Shown here: positions 62,505-64,000 of the stretch, piece by piece
Numbering within the stretch: the stretch's first letter is position 1
Layout: the number at the start of each line of letters is the position of its first letter
NCBI RefSeq assembly: GCF_011386835.1
Contig: NC_088803.1
Span: forward strand, 20,584,001-20,648,000
DNA: 64,000 nucleotides
Reading direction: 5' to 3'
DNA from: Chrysemys picta bellii
Lineage: Eukaryota
Notes under the pieces: generated by a model
Database searches by the model: none
The model's input: the letters and a program-made list of their open reading frames with translations, nothing else
What the model was told of the DNA's origin: nothing
Program-made: the position numbers and the translations under genes

Positions 62505-63431
62505 GGTCCCATGTTCAACTCTGAAATGAGCCCAACTTTAAAAGGCTGGGATTTTCAAAGACACTTAAGGGAGTTAAGCACCCAGATGGAATTGGGCACC
62601 TAATTTCCTTAACTTCCTTTGCAAATCCTTAGGCAATTGTTATTCTTATGTTTTCCTCCAGAGCATCTGGCAATGGTGACATTTCCAAATTCCTGTAGAG
62701 AGAGAGAGCACTAGAAACTACTATAAATATTTATGCTGTAACTTTTAAAGTAGTCTATGGAAGACAGGTAACCCACTACCACTGAATTTCAAAGGATTTT
62801 AGCACCTAACTCCCATAGGCACCTTTTAAAATCCCAGTCTTATGTTATGGTAGCATCCAAAATTATTCATTGTCCAAACACAGAAGGATGTGCAATATAC
62901 AAAACCAAGGCAGACCAAGAGGGACAGTCAGGGATGTAAACAACAATCAGTGGGCTCGAGTCGGCTTTCACACACCATGATGTAAACAAGCATAAGTGGA
63001 GTATGGCCAATGGACTTGATTCTGCTCTCCTTTAAAGAGTTTTAAATCCAGAGTAACACAGTTTTAGTCAAAAGTCCTGATTTCTCCTCTTCTTTACCTG
63101 GAGTAACTTAACTGAAGTCAATGGGCCTAATTTTCATTTACTTTTCCAGGCAGGCCAACACACCACAACTTGTAGGTTTGTAGTTTGACATGTGGTGACA
63201 TTAGTGCTTTCCCATGTGTTTGATATGTAAGTATATTTGTGTTTTGATTTTTGTGGATATTTTTTAGTGTTTGTGGTTGGTGGGCATGTGTTTGGGTTAT
63301 TTGTATTTGTGTTTGCGCTTTTGTGCGTATGTGTGTGCGTGTGCTGGGTTTTGTGAGCTTGCTTTTCATTTTGTTTTTGTTTTTTTGTTTGATCTGTATG
63401 TGTGTTTAGAGTTTGTATTTGGTGTGTGCCT

Positions 63432-63512
63432 GAGACCTCTGTGTAGCTCAAAAGCTTGTCTCTTTCACCAGCAGAACTTGGTCCAATAAAAGATATGACC
63501 CCACCCACCTTG
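63432..63512 (+). mobile_element. Short Penelope-like tail fragment
   Basis: ctctgtgtagctcaaaagcttgtctctttcaccagcagaacttggtccaataaaagatat matches the family above. Confidence 0.7.
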
Positions 63513-64000
63513 TTTCTTTGCATTTAGCTGTGTGTTTTGTTTTTATGTTTGTGCTTGGTTTCATTTGGTTCTTTTATTTTGCTGTATGTGTCTCTGTGTG
63601 TTTGATTGTGGTTTTGCTTTCTGTTTATATTATGTTTTTGCCTTTGTTAAGTTTGTATTTCTCTCTGGTTTTATGCTTCCCTTTTTCTATTTGGGTTTGG
63701 AGGATCTTTATGTGCTGGCATTTGGTTGTGTTTGTTTTGTGTGCTGTGTGTTTGGTATGGATGTGTATTCATGTGCTTCTTTGTGCTACCTGCTCTGTTT
63801 TTCAACTGGGAAAACATAATAATGAATGTGGCTAATATTTGTTTATTTATATTCTTATTTATTAAGCAAACCTGGAAAAATATGTAGGTGCACATGCAAT
63901 TTATCATCATCATCATCATAACAAATCCCAAAGAGACGTGGCCTCCTTGCAGATCAAGCACCTCCCAGATCAGTCTCTAGCTATGTCCATAAAGTGGTGT

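Noticed and set aside
63127-63961. Several 70-130-aa ORFs at the window end
   Set aside because: Products of the T/G compositional skew (few stop codons); low-complexity peptides.

Overview
Vertebrate (almost certainly turtle) class II olfactory receptor (OR) gene cluster in a transposon-rich background. The taxon call rests on a tortoise-type tRNA/CR1 SINE, a PsCR1-like LINE and turtle-type Penelope and Harbinger repeats. There are seven OR loci. Five have intact ORFs on the minus strand: three near-identical OR5/8/9-group paralogs from a local 8-13 kb tandem duplication, one Olfr12/OR9S-like gene and one clear OR6Y1 ortholog-like gene. Two are pseudogenes: an inverted, 5'-truncated OR5/9-group copy, and an OR6A2/rat-I7-like gene frameshifted in TM7. 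The repeats include a young CR1 with near-intact ORF2 nested in a solo LTR that is itself inside an older CR1. There is also a 3' ERV remnant whose gamma-type env is internally deleted, three more solo LTRs, triplicated Harbinger transposase relics, hAT/Harbinger/mariner MITEs and several Penelope termini. One Penelope terminus forms a perfect 188-bp palindrome carrying a minimal hammerhead-ribozyme-like motif. I see no convincing new biological system. The most interesting unexplained signal is a ~280-bp non-coding module with O/E (EBF) and homeodomain-like sites, shared upstream of the two OR6 genes. Family assignments come from recalled motifs; no database search was run.
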